Shown here: positions 49,853-58,081 of the stretch, piece by piece | Position numbering within the stretch: position 1 is the stretch's first letter | Layout: the number at the start of each line of letters is the position of its first letter | The notes under the pieces: model-generated | Told to the model about the DNA's origin: nothing | What the model saw: the letters and a program-made list of their open reading frames with translations, nothing else | Database searches by the model: none | Translations under genes and position numbers: made by a program | Source of the DNA: a virus | IMG/VR virus record: IMGVR_UViG_3300042540_000949 | Span: 15,061-79,060 of that record | DNA: 64,000 bases | Reading direction: 5' to 3' (one strand)

Positions 49853-50386
49853 ATGGATTATTTGGCTAATTATTACAAAAATCTTTGTGAACAACTTCAA
49901 GGGAGAATTGATCTTCTTGAGGCTGGTCTTAAAACAGCCTTACGAACAAAAGATACAGCCCTTCTTCGAAGAGAACAACTAAAAGCACAGGCCAGAGAAG
50001 AACGAGGTTTGGAATCCGTAGAAGTAGCAGGAAGAAGAACATCCCAAGCAGTGCAAACTTATGGTGCATCAAGCAACGAGGCTGCTCTCGCATACGACCA
50101 ACAAAATAGAGCACACACATCAAGATTACAAGTGCTTGCAAACCTCACAGACATAGAAAGAAAAATGGAAGAGCCATCTTCGGTAGCCGAAAGAGTTTGG
50201 AGCAACAAAAAACCTTTGGCCCAGATGACTGACGAGGAAGCCTACCGCCATGGTCAAGACATGGCCAGAATTCAATCGGTAACACCTCATCCAGACATGT
50301 TCAAGAATCCACACTTCCATAAAGGATTCCAAGATGCATTGTCTTTGTCTTCTTCAAGATCCACCACCGGGTCACAACCATATTAA
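49853..50386 (+). CDS. Putative internal head protein
   Basis: N-terminus MDYLANYYKNLCEQLQ..I..LE shared with next ORF; late promoter. Confidence 0.55.
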   Translation: MDYLANYYKNLCEQLQGRIDLLEAGLKTALRTKDTALLRREQLKAQAREERGLESVEVAGRRTSQAVQTYGASSNEAALAYDQQNRAHTSRLQVLANLTDIERKMEEPSSVAERVWSNKKPLAQMTDEEAYRHGQDMARIQSVTPHPDMFKNPHFHKGFQDALSLSSSRSTTGSQPY

Positions 50387-50401
50387 TAAAATAGGAAAAT
50401 T

Positions 50402-51568
50402 ATGGACTACTTAACAAAACATTACATGAATCTTTGCGAACAACGCCAACAACAAATAAAAGTTTTGGAAGAAAACCTTTTACGCAGAGGACTTTACAAA
50501 GTTGGTGATATTGTTGGCCAAGGAATTGATAGCATTACTAGAGCCAAAAGTGGAATAGGTGGAATGGCTGGTGAAATTGGAAGAGGAATTGGTGAAATTG
50601 GAAAAGGAATTGCTGGAGCAGGACAATCACTAAGTGATTGGGGTGGAAGAAAGCAAGAAGAAGCACAATATTCCTTGGAAAGATTCAGAGAACGGGATCC
50701 AAGAAGAATTCAACATGAAAGAGCAATAACAGATTGGATGCAGAGTGGTGGAAGTGAATATAACCCACAAAGAACCAACATTGCAAGAGTTGTAGAAGAT
50801 GCTGTCAGTCATTTGGAAGGATTTAGATCACACGTAAGATTTAGTGCTGACGAGGCTGCAAGACAAAAACATCCACACAAAGAACTAAAAGAAAGAAAAA
50901 AACCGTATACAGAAGCTGAATTTGCAAAATTGGATGATGCTAACAGAAAAATACTAGAAAAAAGAAGAAAACTTGTTGACTCTGCAGTTGCTGATTTTGA
51001 TGCAAAACACGGTGCAAATATCGCTTTGGGTTACATTGCTGCTCAATTGTCTAAAAAATCAGGGGAGATTAATGCTGACGAACGCGCTGGGTTCAACAAA
51101 AGATATGATATGGTTACAGGACAACAAGAAGATCGTTCTGGCCGAACACAACATTCCGGTGGCCACCATATAGGTCACATAGAACAGGACCCATATAACC
51201 AAAAATTAAATCCAGTCGAACATTCTGATGTTGCCGCATACAGAAAATGGTACAATGGTGGTGGTCACAGAGTGGAAAGCGCTGTTCACCCTGACGAATT
51301 GTTCGGACACCATACAGCCCACGTTGATTACGCCTTTGAATCCTATCTTCCAGATTCTTCTCTTCAAATGGCCAACCAACGAAACCGCAAGGCATTTGAT
51401 GCTGCCGTTGAAACATCAAAGCAATTGATGTCAAGACCAGATCCATTGGAAGGACAAGTTTCAGCAAGTGGCGGAATAAAAACATCCACCTTGCGTCCAG
51501 CATTTGAAAGTTATTCAGGATCTAGAAAAAATTTATTGAATGAGAAAATTAATAAATTTTTGATCTAA
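50402..51568 (+). CDS. Putative internal head protein
   Basis: N-terminus MDYLTKHYMNLCEQRQ..I..LE; charged low-complexity body. Confidence 0.55.
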   Translation: MDYLTKHYMNLCEQRQQQIKVLEENLLRRGLYKVGDIVGQGIDSITRAKSGIGGMAGEIGRGIGEIGKGIAGAGQSLSDWGGRKQEEAQYSLERFRERDPRRIQHERAITDWMQSGGSEYNPQRTNIARVVEDAVSHLEGFRSHVRFSADEAARQKHPHKELKERKKPYTEAEFAKLDDANRKILEKRRKLVDSAVADFDAKHGANIALGYIAAQLSKKSGEINADERAGFNKRYDMVTGQQEDRSGRTQHSGGHHIGHIEQDPYNQKLNPVEHSDVAAYRKWYNGGGHRVESAVHPDELFGHHTAHVDYAFESYLPDSSLQMANQRNRKAFDAAVETSKQLMSRPDPLEGQVSASGGIKTSTLRPAFESYSGSRKNLLNEKINKFLI

Positions 51569-51590
51569 TCATACAAAGATTTAAAAGAAG

Positions 51591-51621
51591 AAACGGGTCC
51601 CCCCAAAAGGGACCCGTTTTT
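51591..51621 (+). terminator. Intrinsic terminator
   Basis: AAACGGGTCCC-CCCAAAA-GGGACCCGTTTTT. Confidence 0.85.
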
Positions 51622-51640
51622 CGTTGGGCCCGAATTATTC

Positions 51641-51668
51641 TTGACTTTGAAAAACTGAAAGATATACT
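51641..51668 (+). promoter_or_regulatory. 16-bp-spacer promoter (TTGACT-16-TATACT)
   Basis: -35 51641-51646, -10 51663-51668, ATG 51677. Confidence 0.65.
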
Positions 51669-51676
51669 TGATCCAA

Positions 51677-52198
51677 ATGTGCGACCAAGTAAAATATTGC
51701 AATAAATGCAAGAGAACACTTCCGTTGGCTACCTCTTTTCATAAAAGAAGTAATAGAAAGAATGGTTACAAGTCAATTTGCAAGGAGTGTCAAAAAAAAT
51801 ATCCTAGATCAAAACAATGTGCCATTAACAAAAGAAATTATCAGAAAAAAAGATATCACGAAGATCAACAGTACAATATATCCAAAAAATTTAGAAGAAA
51901 GGTAAGAAAAATTTTAAAACTATTTTTGGAAGGAAAATTAAAATCAACAAAAGATCAACACCGTGATTATCTGGGATGCTCAATAAGTTACTACAAAGAT
52001 TATATTGAGTCAAAATTTCAAGAGGGAATGACTTGGGAAAATTATGGTGTTCATGGTTGGCACCTAGATCACATCATTCCATGTACAGCATTTGACCTGA
52101 CAGATCCCGAACAGATCAAAAAATGCTTTCACTACACCAATACACAGCCACTGTGGGCAAAAGACAATATAAACAAATCAAATACCATTCCGGTCTAA
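51677..52198 (+). CDS. Free-standing HNH (endonuclease VII-like) nuclease
   Basis: N-terminal CxxC...CxxC; GMTWENYG, WHLDHIIP, HYTNTQPLW..DN..K. Confidence 0.88.
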   Translation: MCDQVKYCNKCKRTLPLATSFHKRSNRKNGYKSICKECQKKYPRSKQCAINKRNYQKKRYHEDQQYNISKKFRRKVRKILKLFLEGKLKSTKDQHRDYLGCSISYYKDYIESKFQEGMTWENYGVHGWHLDHIIPCTAFDLTDPEQIKKCFHYTNTQPLWAKDNINKSNTIPV

Positions 52199-52261
52199 TC
52201 CCGTTTTTATTCTAAGAACGCCGTATAAGCGATCCTAGCACGATAGAAAGGGTTTTAAATA

Positions 52262-52366
52262 TCAACCCTTGACCAGATTGACGACCAAAATTACGACGCA
52301 GAGGCCGAGAGTGATCCAAGGGAGTGTGAGGTACTTGTTCTTAAAATTTTGAAATTTTTGTAGCAT
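52262..52366 (-). CDS. 34-aa single-TM membrane peptide
   Basis: Manual ORF MLQKFQNFKNKYLTLPWITLGLCVVILVVNLVKG; TAAATA at 52388-52383 and AAGGA SD. Confidence 0.5.
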   Translation of the reverse strand: MLQKFQNFKNKYLTLPWITLGLCVVILVVNLVKG

Positions 52367-52406
52367 AAAGTTTCCTTTTTAGTATTTAGGGATAGGGATG
52401 TGGGAA

Positions 52407-52541
52407 GGGACCCAAAAAGGGACTCGTAAAGAGCCTCACATGGGACCCAATTTTCTGGGACTCCAGAAGGGACTCCAAAGAAGGGACCCAAAAAGGGACC
52501 CAGAATATTCAAAAATATTTGAGAATATTTGAGAATTTTGA
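52407..52541 (+). repeat. Seven GGGAC(C/T)C direct repeats followed by four AT-rich 10-mers
   Basis: GGGAC at 52407, 52419, 52442, 52457, 52469, 52483, 52495; GAATATTCAA/AAATATTTGA/GAATATTTGA/GAATTTTGA at 52503-52541. Confidence 0.85.
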
Positions 52542-52700
52542 GGGGTGTGTGGCTAGCCCGACGATTCTTTAAGATTTCTAGGGGGGCCCCATTTCACTGT
52601 TCTGGACCTTGACACATCGACTCCCCCCTCTCACCATACCACAAGCCCCCACCACTAGGGTGAGGGCTCGGGCTTCCGGGGGATCTGTCAAGTCAGCTCT

Positions 52701-52895
52701 TCACATCTCGCCCCATCCCGCACTGGCCAGCCAGTCGTTGTCCGCGTCCCAGTCCTCGCGGGTCATCTGACCGCAGGCGTCAGCGAACGCATCGTTGTCC
52801 GCGTCGCGTTCGATGTCCTCCATGTTTGAGCAGTTCGGGCAGGCACGGTCATCATCGAATCCGCAGTCGCAGTCACGGTTGGGGGTGTTGGTCAT
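52701..52895 (-). CDS. Small acidic Cys-containing early protein
   Basis: Promoter TTGACA(52930)-17-TATCAT-6-ATG; C-terminal DWLASAGWGEM. Confidence 0.7.
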   Translation of the reverse strand: MTNTPNRDCDCGFDDDRACPNCSNMEDIERDADNDAFADACGQMTREDWDADNDWLASAGWGEM

Positions 52896-53010
52896 GCCCG
52901 AATGATACCACACCCTGGCAGATGTGTCAACCTACATGGTCGAAAGATTTCAAGATTTCTGCCGGCCCCATTGGTTGACACATCCCCGACCATCGGATAC
53001 AATCCGTCCC

Positions 53011-53418
53011 ATGAAGATCCCCGCCCTGCTCATCCCGGCTGATATCACCCGCCCCATGACCACCGTGGAAATCGACACCGACTGCGGCAACCTCGCCTCG
53101 CTCATCGGCTGCGACCTCGTTACGGTTGTCCGTCCCTCCGCGTCCCTCCGCAACATGGTCGATGGCGACTGCACGGTGTGGGTCGATGACGAGGGGCTGC
53201 TGCGCGAGAACCCCCGTCAGAACATCCGGGCGTTCCTGATGACCGAGCAGCACCTCGTCGGCAATGCTCTCCTCACGGGCGTTGACAACGCAGCAGGCAC
53301 GATCACCCCGCTCCAGTTCGTGCTGCCTGCCTGCACCGTCCTGAACATCATCGAACAGAACGCGCAGGGGCTGCACCGCATCTATGCGGCCATCGACGCG
53401 GCCAACGCCAACGCTTGA
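53011..53418 (+). CDS. DUF3846-like early protein
   Basis: LIGC..V, WVDDEGLL, N..A, LVGNALL.G; promoter 52975-53003. Confidence 0.8.
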   Translation: MKIPALLIPADITRPMTTVEIDTDCGNLASLIGCDLVTVVRPSASLRNMVDGDCTVWVDDEGLLRENPRQNIRAFLMTEQHLVGNALLTGVDNAAGTITPLQFVLPACTVLNIIEQNAQGLHRIYAAIDAANANA

Positions 53419-53449
53419 CACATCCCCGCCCATCAGGTACAATCCTCCC

Positions 53450-53782
53450 ATGCACACCACCCGCTCCTCCATCGCCCTCCCCGTCGCCGCCAACACCGCC
53501 CGTCGCTACGACGAGGCCATGACCTACCTCGCCAACGGGTGGGTCGAGCTGACCTACCGCAAGGTGGGCGGCGAGGTGGTGACGCGCCTCGCCACGCGCA
53601 ACCCCACGCTCATCGACACCTTCGGTGATCGTTGGTCGCTTGAGGCGGTGCGGAAGTCCGACGATCCGTGGGGCGACAACATCGTCTACTGGGATCACGC
53701 AAAGGGCGGCATCCGCTCCTGCCGCGCCGACGAGGTCGTGGGCATGGCGATCCCCGGCGACTGCCCGGAGGTCAACCACTAA
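53450..53782 (+). CDS. WYL_2 (DUF2693)-like protein
   Basis: V.LTYRK..GE...R.ATRN, YWD..KGGIRSC; promoter 53415-53443. Confidence 0.75.
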   Translation: MHTTRSSIALPVAANTARRYDEAMTYLANGWVELTYRKVGGEVVTRLATRNPTLIDTFGDRWSLEAVRKSDDPWGDNIVYWDHAKGGIRSCRADEVVGMAIPGDCPEVNH

Positions 53783-53819
53783 GGTTGACACATCCCGCCT
53801 CTCACGGTACAATCCTCCC

Positions 53820-54035
53820 ATGACCATCACCCCCGCCGACAACCCCTGCAACTGCCGCGCCTGCGGTGCCCTCATCCTCAACGAAGTGTCCTCGTTGTGC
53901 GAGGACTGCGAGGCCGATATGAACGCCTACTACGATGAGCGCGAGGACGCAGAGCGCGACCGTCAGATGACCGAGGACAACTACATCCGCGAGAACTACG
54001 AAACCCCCATCGGTGAGCTGTACGGGGGAGACTGA
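53820..54035 (+). CDS. Small acidic CxxC...CxxC protein
   Basis: CRACG...CEDC; promoter 53785-53813. Confidence 0.7.
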   Translation: MTITPADNPCNCRACGALILNEVSSLCEDCEADMNAYYDEREDAERDRQMTEDNYIRENYETPIGELYGGD

Positions 54036-54040
54036 GCCAA

Positions 54041-54106
54041 GGGTGCATGGGATAGCCGAAAAGGATTCGTCCCTGCTCCGATTCGTTCGGAGCTAGGCTC
54101 CCACCC
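54041..54106 (+). ncRNA. Candidate structured RNA (three-way junction, TTCG loops)
   Basis: GGGTG..GGGA.AGCC / GGCTCCCACCC closing stem; GGA-TTCG-TCC; GCTCCGA-TTCGT-TCGGAGC. Confidence 0.35.
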
Positions 54107-54238
54107 AAGCCCAGGTCAACCAGGTCGAACCCCGGACAGGACGCAGAAACTTCAAACCGTTTGCTTGACACATCCCACCCGATACGGTACAATCACCGTA
54201 ACACCCAACCGCCCCATAGGGGCAAAGAGACTGAACCC

Positions 54239-54610
54239 ATGCCGACCGACTACACGCAGCCCGTCACCCTCGTCCGCCTCGCTCACCCCACGAACCCCTC
54301 CATCGTTGAGTTCGCGTACACGCCCCGCTACTCGCGGTGGACGATGCTGAAGTTCAACCCCGCGAAGGCGCAGACGGCATCGGACGCTTGGATCCGCTAC
54401 TGCGAGGACAACCTGTTCAAGCCCTCGCACTTCGATTCGATCAGCCACGGGGCGACCAACCTGTTCCACACCGACATCCTGAAGATCGTCGGCCACCTCA
54501 CCCTGAACGGGTGGCAGATCACGCAGAACCGCCCGTACAACGGGCCGAGCGGGTACTACGAGTGCAACGCTGCGGCAGCAGCGGAGAGCGAAGACCTCGT
54601 CCTGTTCTGA
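54239..54610 (+). CDS. Hypothetical early protein (leadered)
   Basis: Promoter 54165-54193; leader hairpin GCCCC-ATA-GGGGC; GC3-biased frame. Confidence 0.7.
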   Translation: MPTDYTQPVTLVRLAHPTNPSIVEFAYTPRYSRWTMLKFNPAKAQTASDAWIRYCEDNLFKPSHFDSISHGATNLFHTDILKIVGHLTLNGWQITQNRPYNGPSGYYECNAAAAAESEDLVLF

Positions 54611-54702
54611 TCCACGGTCTAGGAACGGAGGGGGGCCGGGGCGTTCCCGGTTCCCCTCTCCCTTCCCTTGACACATCACCCCGAACCTGATACCATCCAC
54701 CC

Positions 54703-54915
54703 ATGAAGAACGAAACCCTCTGCATCATCTCTGCCGTGTCCCTCTTGGCCCTCGCAGCCGTGATTGAGTATGCCCCTGCTTTCAGCGGGATTGAGCGGTG
54801 GATGAACCGCAACCCCGTTTGGATGCTTGGCATCCTCGCAGTCTGCTTGATCCCGTTTGGAATCGGCCTCTACCGTCAGGTCATCACCCCCATCCTCGTC
54901 AACCGGAAGGGTTGA
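54703..54915 (+). CDS. Small two-TM membrane protein
   Basis: Promoter 54668-54696; two hydrophobic segments. Confidence 0.7.
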   Translation: MKNETLCIISAVSLLALAAVIEYAPAFSGIERWMNRNPVWMLGILAVCLIPFGIGLYRQVITPILVNRKG

Positions 54916-54946
54916 CTCATCACCCCCAACCAGGTACAATCCCACC

Positions 54947-55147
54947 ATGCCCTCTCTCTCCACCAGAAACCTCGTCAGCCACTACCTCGTCATCGGCACG
55001 GACAACGAAGGAAACTTCCGCCGTCTGAAGGTGTTCACCCGAGCTGATGCCGAGGTCATCGGCAGCACCTACATGATCCGCGCCCGTGTGTGGGCCGTCA
55101 ACCCCCACGGCAAGAAGCGTCTAGAGCGTCGATACGTTTCGTATTGA
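54947..55147 (+). CDS. Small basic early protein
   Basis: Promoter 54912-54940, ATG 6 nt later. Confidence 0.7.
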   Translation: MPSLSTRNLVSHYLVIGTDNEGNFRRLKVFTRADAEVIGSTYMIRARVWAVNPHGKKRLERRYVSY

Positions 55148-55178
55148 CACATCACCCCGAACCTGATACCATACACCC

Positions 55179-55436
55179 ATGAGCAATCCCAACACCAACC
55201 CCGCATTGGATCGCATCCGTTCCTACACCATCATCCACGCCACCGCCCTGCGCGAGTGGGTGAACGACAGCCCGACCGACTCCCGCAGCGCCGAGCTGAT
55301 GGAGATCGTCCGAGACTGCGAGAGGAACTACCTGATCCTCGCCCTGTTCCGGACGATGGAGCCGACGCTCGCAGACTTCAACGATGCGTTCGACGCATTC
55401 TGCGCCGCAGCGGATCAGGCGATCACGAACAACTAG
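55179..55436 (+). CDS. Hypothetical early protein
   Basis: Promoter 55144-55172 (29 nt identical to 54668-54696). Confidence 0.72.
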   Translation: MSNPNTNPALDRIRSYTIIHATALREWVNDSPTDSRSAELMEIVRDCERNYLILALFRTMEPTLADFNDAFDAFCAAADQAITNN

Positions 55437-55522
55437 GGTGGTTGGGACGGGGGAGACTCCCAGGGTGCGGAGTCTCCCCCAACACCCTTGACACAACCTC
55501 CAACACAGGATACAATACTCAC

Positions 55523-55786
55523 ATGACAACCACCGCAATCAAGACCGCCCGTGAACTTCGCGCCTCCCTCTCCACGGGGGCCGTCTGCCTCGTCGCCTTC
55601 CGCAAGATCAGCGGCGAGATCACCGAGCGCTACATCACCCGCAATCAGGACTACATCCCCGAGGATGCGCGTCCGCAGTATGTGAAGGCCGAGAACCCCC
55701 ACTACATCACCGCATGGGATGTGGAGGGAAAGCATTGGATTTCCTTCCACGAATCGAACGCCCTCGCGTGGGAAGAGCATCAGTAA
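55523..55786 (+). CDS. WYL_2 (DUF2693)-like protein
   Basis: VAFRKISGE..ER..TRN...IP, AWDVEGKHWISF; promoter 55488-55516. Confidence 0.78.
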   Translation: MTTTAIKTARELRASLSTGAVCLVAFRKISGEITERYITRNQDYIPEDARPQYVKAENPHYITAWDVEGKHWISFHESNALAWEEHQ

Positions 55787-55824
55787 GCCTTGACACATCC
55801 GCACCCCAACGGTACAATACACCC

Positions 55825-56097
55825 ATGACCACCCGAACCACCAAGCAGGATCTTGAACTCCGCGTCGAAAACCTCCGCAAGATGACGGGTAGGAAGTTCT
55901 ACCTGACGGGAGCCTACGGAGGCTGGCAGTTGGCCGAGGAGGTCGATGGCGGAAGCCACGGCATCACCCCCGGATTCGTGAGCAAGCGCCAACTGGAAGA
56001 TCGCCTGAACTCCATCCTCACCGGGCTGCTCATCGGGGAGCGGATGGAGAAGGAGCGCAAGCGCCGCGAGGACGAGCACCCCTATGCGTACAACTGA
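55825..56097 (+). CDS. Hypothetical early protein
   Basis: GAYGGWQL, GFVSKRQL; promoter 55790-55818. Confidence 0.72.
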   Translation: MTTRTTKQDLELRVENLRKMTGRKFYLTGAYGGWQLAEEVDGGSHGITPGFVSKRQLEDRLNSILTGLLIGERMEKERKRREDEHPYAYN

Positions 56098-56266
56098 ATC
56101 GCCCCAGGCGAACATCCGCCTTGCGATCACCTTGTGCCGAGACATCCGGCACATCCTCGCATCCCGAAACTTCCCTTCCAAGAATCTTCAGGAGCGAGTC
56201 CGCAAGGCAATCGAACGGGTGTCGCAGACGGAAGAAGAAATCGAAAACCTTGAAGTCGGTGCTTGA
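56084..56266 (+). CDS. Hypothetical 60-aa protein
   Basis: Overlaps previous stop; its TGA lies in the next -35 box. Confidence 0.6.
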   Translation: MRTTESPQANIRLAITLCRDIRHILASRNFPSKNLQERVRKAIERVSQTEEEIENLEVGA

Positions 56267-56297
56267 CCCAACCCCCCGGACAAGATACAATCAACCC

Positions 56298-56522
56298 ATG
56301 CTATTCGACAAACTCAATCAGTCAGGGATTCACCGTGGCGTGTTCGCCGTCCTGCTTGGCATCATGTGGCTCATGCCCGTAGTGCTTGGATGGATCGCCT
56401 ACGAAGCTGCTCACCACCACATGAAGATCCTGCTTGGGTTCTGTGCGGTGGGATGCCTGCTTGAACTCTACGCGATCACCTTCCTGCTTGGGGGCCTGAA
56501 GTTCATTCGCTCACGGGCTTGA
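56298..56522 (+). CDS. Small two-TM membrane protein
   Basis: Promoter 56263-56291; hydrophobic segments. Confidence 0.7.
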   Translation: MLFDKLNQSGIHRGVFAVLLGIMWLMPVVLGWIAYEAAHHHMKILLGFCAVGCLLELYAITFLLGGLKFIRSRA

Positions 56523-56553
56523 CACATCCGGAAAGAAAGAATATAATCCGGAC

Positions 56554-56691
56554 ATGAACCACAGGCCGGCAAAGTTCGTACACGACGCCTTCCGCGAAGG
56601 GCAGCGGCTCCGCTCCAAGACTTGGGGAAAGAAGAGCCGCTGCCCTCGGAAGGACAGGCGCGAGGCACGGAAGGAGCTGCAGCGGGCCTGA
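56554..56691 (+). CDS. 45-aa basic peptide
   Basis: Manual ORF MNHRPAKFVHDAFREGQRLRSKTWGKKSRCPRKDRREARKELQRA behind TTGACA-17-TATAAT (56519-56547). Confidence 0.65.
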   Translation: MNHRPAKFVHDAFREGQRLRSKTWGKKSRCPRKDRREARKELQRA

Positions 56692-56835
56692 ACTACTATC
56701 AGGCGGCTCAGAACACTAGGATGGTACAAAGACCTTGGATGGTGCGGGGCCTGATAGTAGCTCCCCGCGACCTGGACGGCACTCAGCCGGTCATCGGACG
56801 GCACACAAAAACTTCAAAAACTTTGCCCATGTCAC
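56692..56835. repeat. Inverted-repeat module, copy 1
   Basis: CTACTATCAGGC 56693-56704 / GCCTGATAGTAG 56749-56760; ATCGGAC 56793. Confidence 0.8.
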
Positions 56836-56870
56836 TTGACGTATCCAGCTCTACCCCTTATACTACGCAC

Positions 56871-57083
56871 ATGGATCACACCCCCTACGACGATGCGACC
56901 GAGGAAATCACCCGAGAGGAGGCCATCCGTGAACTCATGGATGAAGGCTACTCGCGTGACGAGGCTACCCGCATGATCGGGGACTACGAGGCTGATGAGT
57001 ACGAGCCCAAGTACCTGTCGGACTTCCCCGATGAGTGGTCTGATGACATTGCCCTGTTCGTTGACCCGGAGGACTTCGAATGA
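56871..57083 (+). CDS. Highly acidic 70-aa protein (DNA-mimic candidate)
   Basis: 26 D/E versus 5 K/R; promoter 56836-56864. Confidence 0.72.
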   Translation: MDHTPYDDATEEITREEAIRELMDEGYSRDEATRMIGDYEADEYEPKYLSDFPDEWSDDIALFVDPEDFE

Positions 57084-57382
57084 TCTGCATTCGCATGAAG
57101 TACCTGCACACTCCAATCGCCAACCAAAGCTGGAAGCGCAGGCGTGAGCGGGAGATTCTTCGCATCGTGACGGGAGCCGTGGCATATGCGTTCGTGGCCC
57201 GTGACTTTCCCCGAACGGAGGCCCAGTTCGACTGCAAGCAAGGATTCGCCCTCACTTCCATCCGGGTGTTCGTGGACGGGATTGACGAGGAGATGGCCAA
57301 GCGTGTCGTGAACTACCTGAACAACAACAGGAATGTCTACGCAAACTACTTGACGCAACCCGAACTATGTGATACCATGTGA
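57080..57382 (+). CDS. Hypothetical protein
   Basis: ATGA coupling to the previous gene. Confidence 0.6.
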   Translation: MICIRMKYLHTPIANQSWKRRREREILRIVTGAVAYAFVARDFPRTEAQFDCKQGFALTSIRVFVDGIDEEMAKRVVNYLNNNRNVYANYLTQPELCDTM

Positions 57383-57384
57383 CC

Positions 57385-57615
57385 ATGCACCGACCCAAGA
57401 ACCCAACCACGACCAATGTGAGCGACCTCATCAATGCGATGTGGAAGTTCACGGACGAGAACCCGATGTGGTACGAGAACCGCGATCAGTTGTCGCGGGT
57501 GTCCGCAGCGTGGAGCATCCTCACCAAGATGTGCGAACCGCTTGACTTGACGGAGGAAGAGTACGCCTTCGTCACCGGAATCTTTGAGACTTGCAAGGAG
57601 AACGAACTGCCATGA
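57385..57615 (+). CDS. Hypothetical early protein
   Basis: Promoter 57350-57378, ATG 6 nt later. Confidence 0.68.
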   Translation: MHRPKNPTTTNVSDLINAMWKFTDENPMWYENRDQLSRVSAAWSILTKMCEPLDLTEEEYAFVTGIFETCKENELP

Positions 57616-57965
57616 ACCCGCAAAACGACTTCGACAACTTCTTCACGGACGAGAACCACCCCGCCATGAACTTGGCCAAGCCGACCCCGGAAGCGGTGTT
57701 GGAAGCCCTGATCCGGGTGGTGGGCCTGCGTCCCTTGTGGTACCGGGATCCGACCCTGCGCCTGATGGTCGTGAAGGGGCTGGACTTTCTGACGCAGGAA
57801 CTTCACGCTGCCCTTGAGCGTGGCGAGAAGCCCACCGTCGATCTGATCGGTGCAGCCTTCTGCATGGTGCTTGCGGAGAGGATCGAATCGTCCAAGCGAT
57901 TCGCCTCCCCGGAAGAGGAAAAGTGGTCGCCCAAGATGGACAATCACCCGCAGGACAACGAGTGA
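57612..57965 (+). CDS. Hypothetical protein
   Basis: ATGA coupling; GC3-biased frame. Confidence 0.65.
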   Translation: MNPQNDFDNFFTDENHPAMNLAKPTPEAVLEALIRVVGLRPLWYRDPTLRLMVVKGLDFLTQELHAALERGEKPTVDLIGAAFCMVLAERIESSKRFASPEEEKWSPKMDNHPQDNE

Positions 57966-58006
57966 CTTGACAGCACCGTGTCCCCCCGGTTATAATAGGG
58001 GGATGA

Positions 58007-58079
58007 GCCTCTGTGGCGCAGCTGGTAGCGCAGTAGACTTTTAATCTATTGGTCGTGGGTTCGAACCCCACCGGAGGCA
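58007..58079 (+). tRNA. tRNA-Lys(UUU)
   Basis: Acceptor GCCTCTG/CGGAGGC, anticodon loop CTTTTAA, GGTTCGAACC; no encoded CCA. Confidence 0.93.
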
Positions 58080-58081
58080 TT

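Noticed and set aside
52291-52512. 73-aa minus-strand ORF across the GGGAC repeats
   Set aside because: Translation of DNA repeats; it overlaps a better supported 34-aa ORF that has a promoter and SD.
54030-54110. Hammerhead ribozyme
   Set aside because: GAAA and hairpins are present but the CUGANGA core is not.
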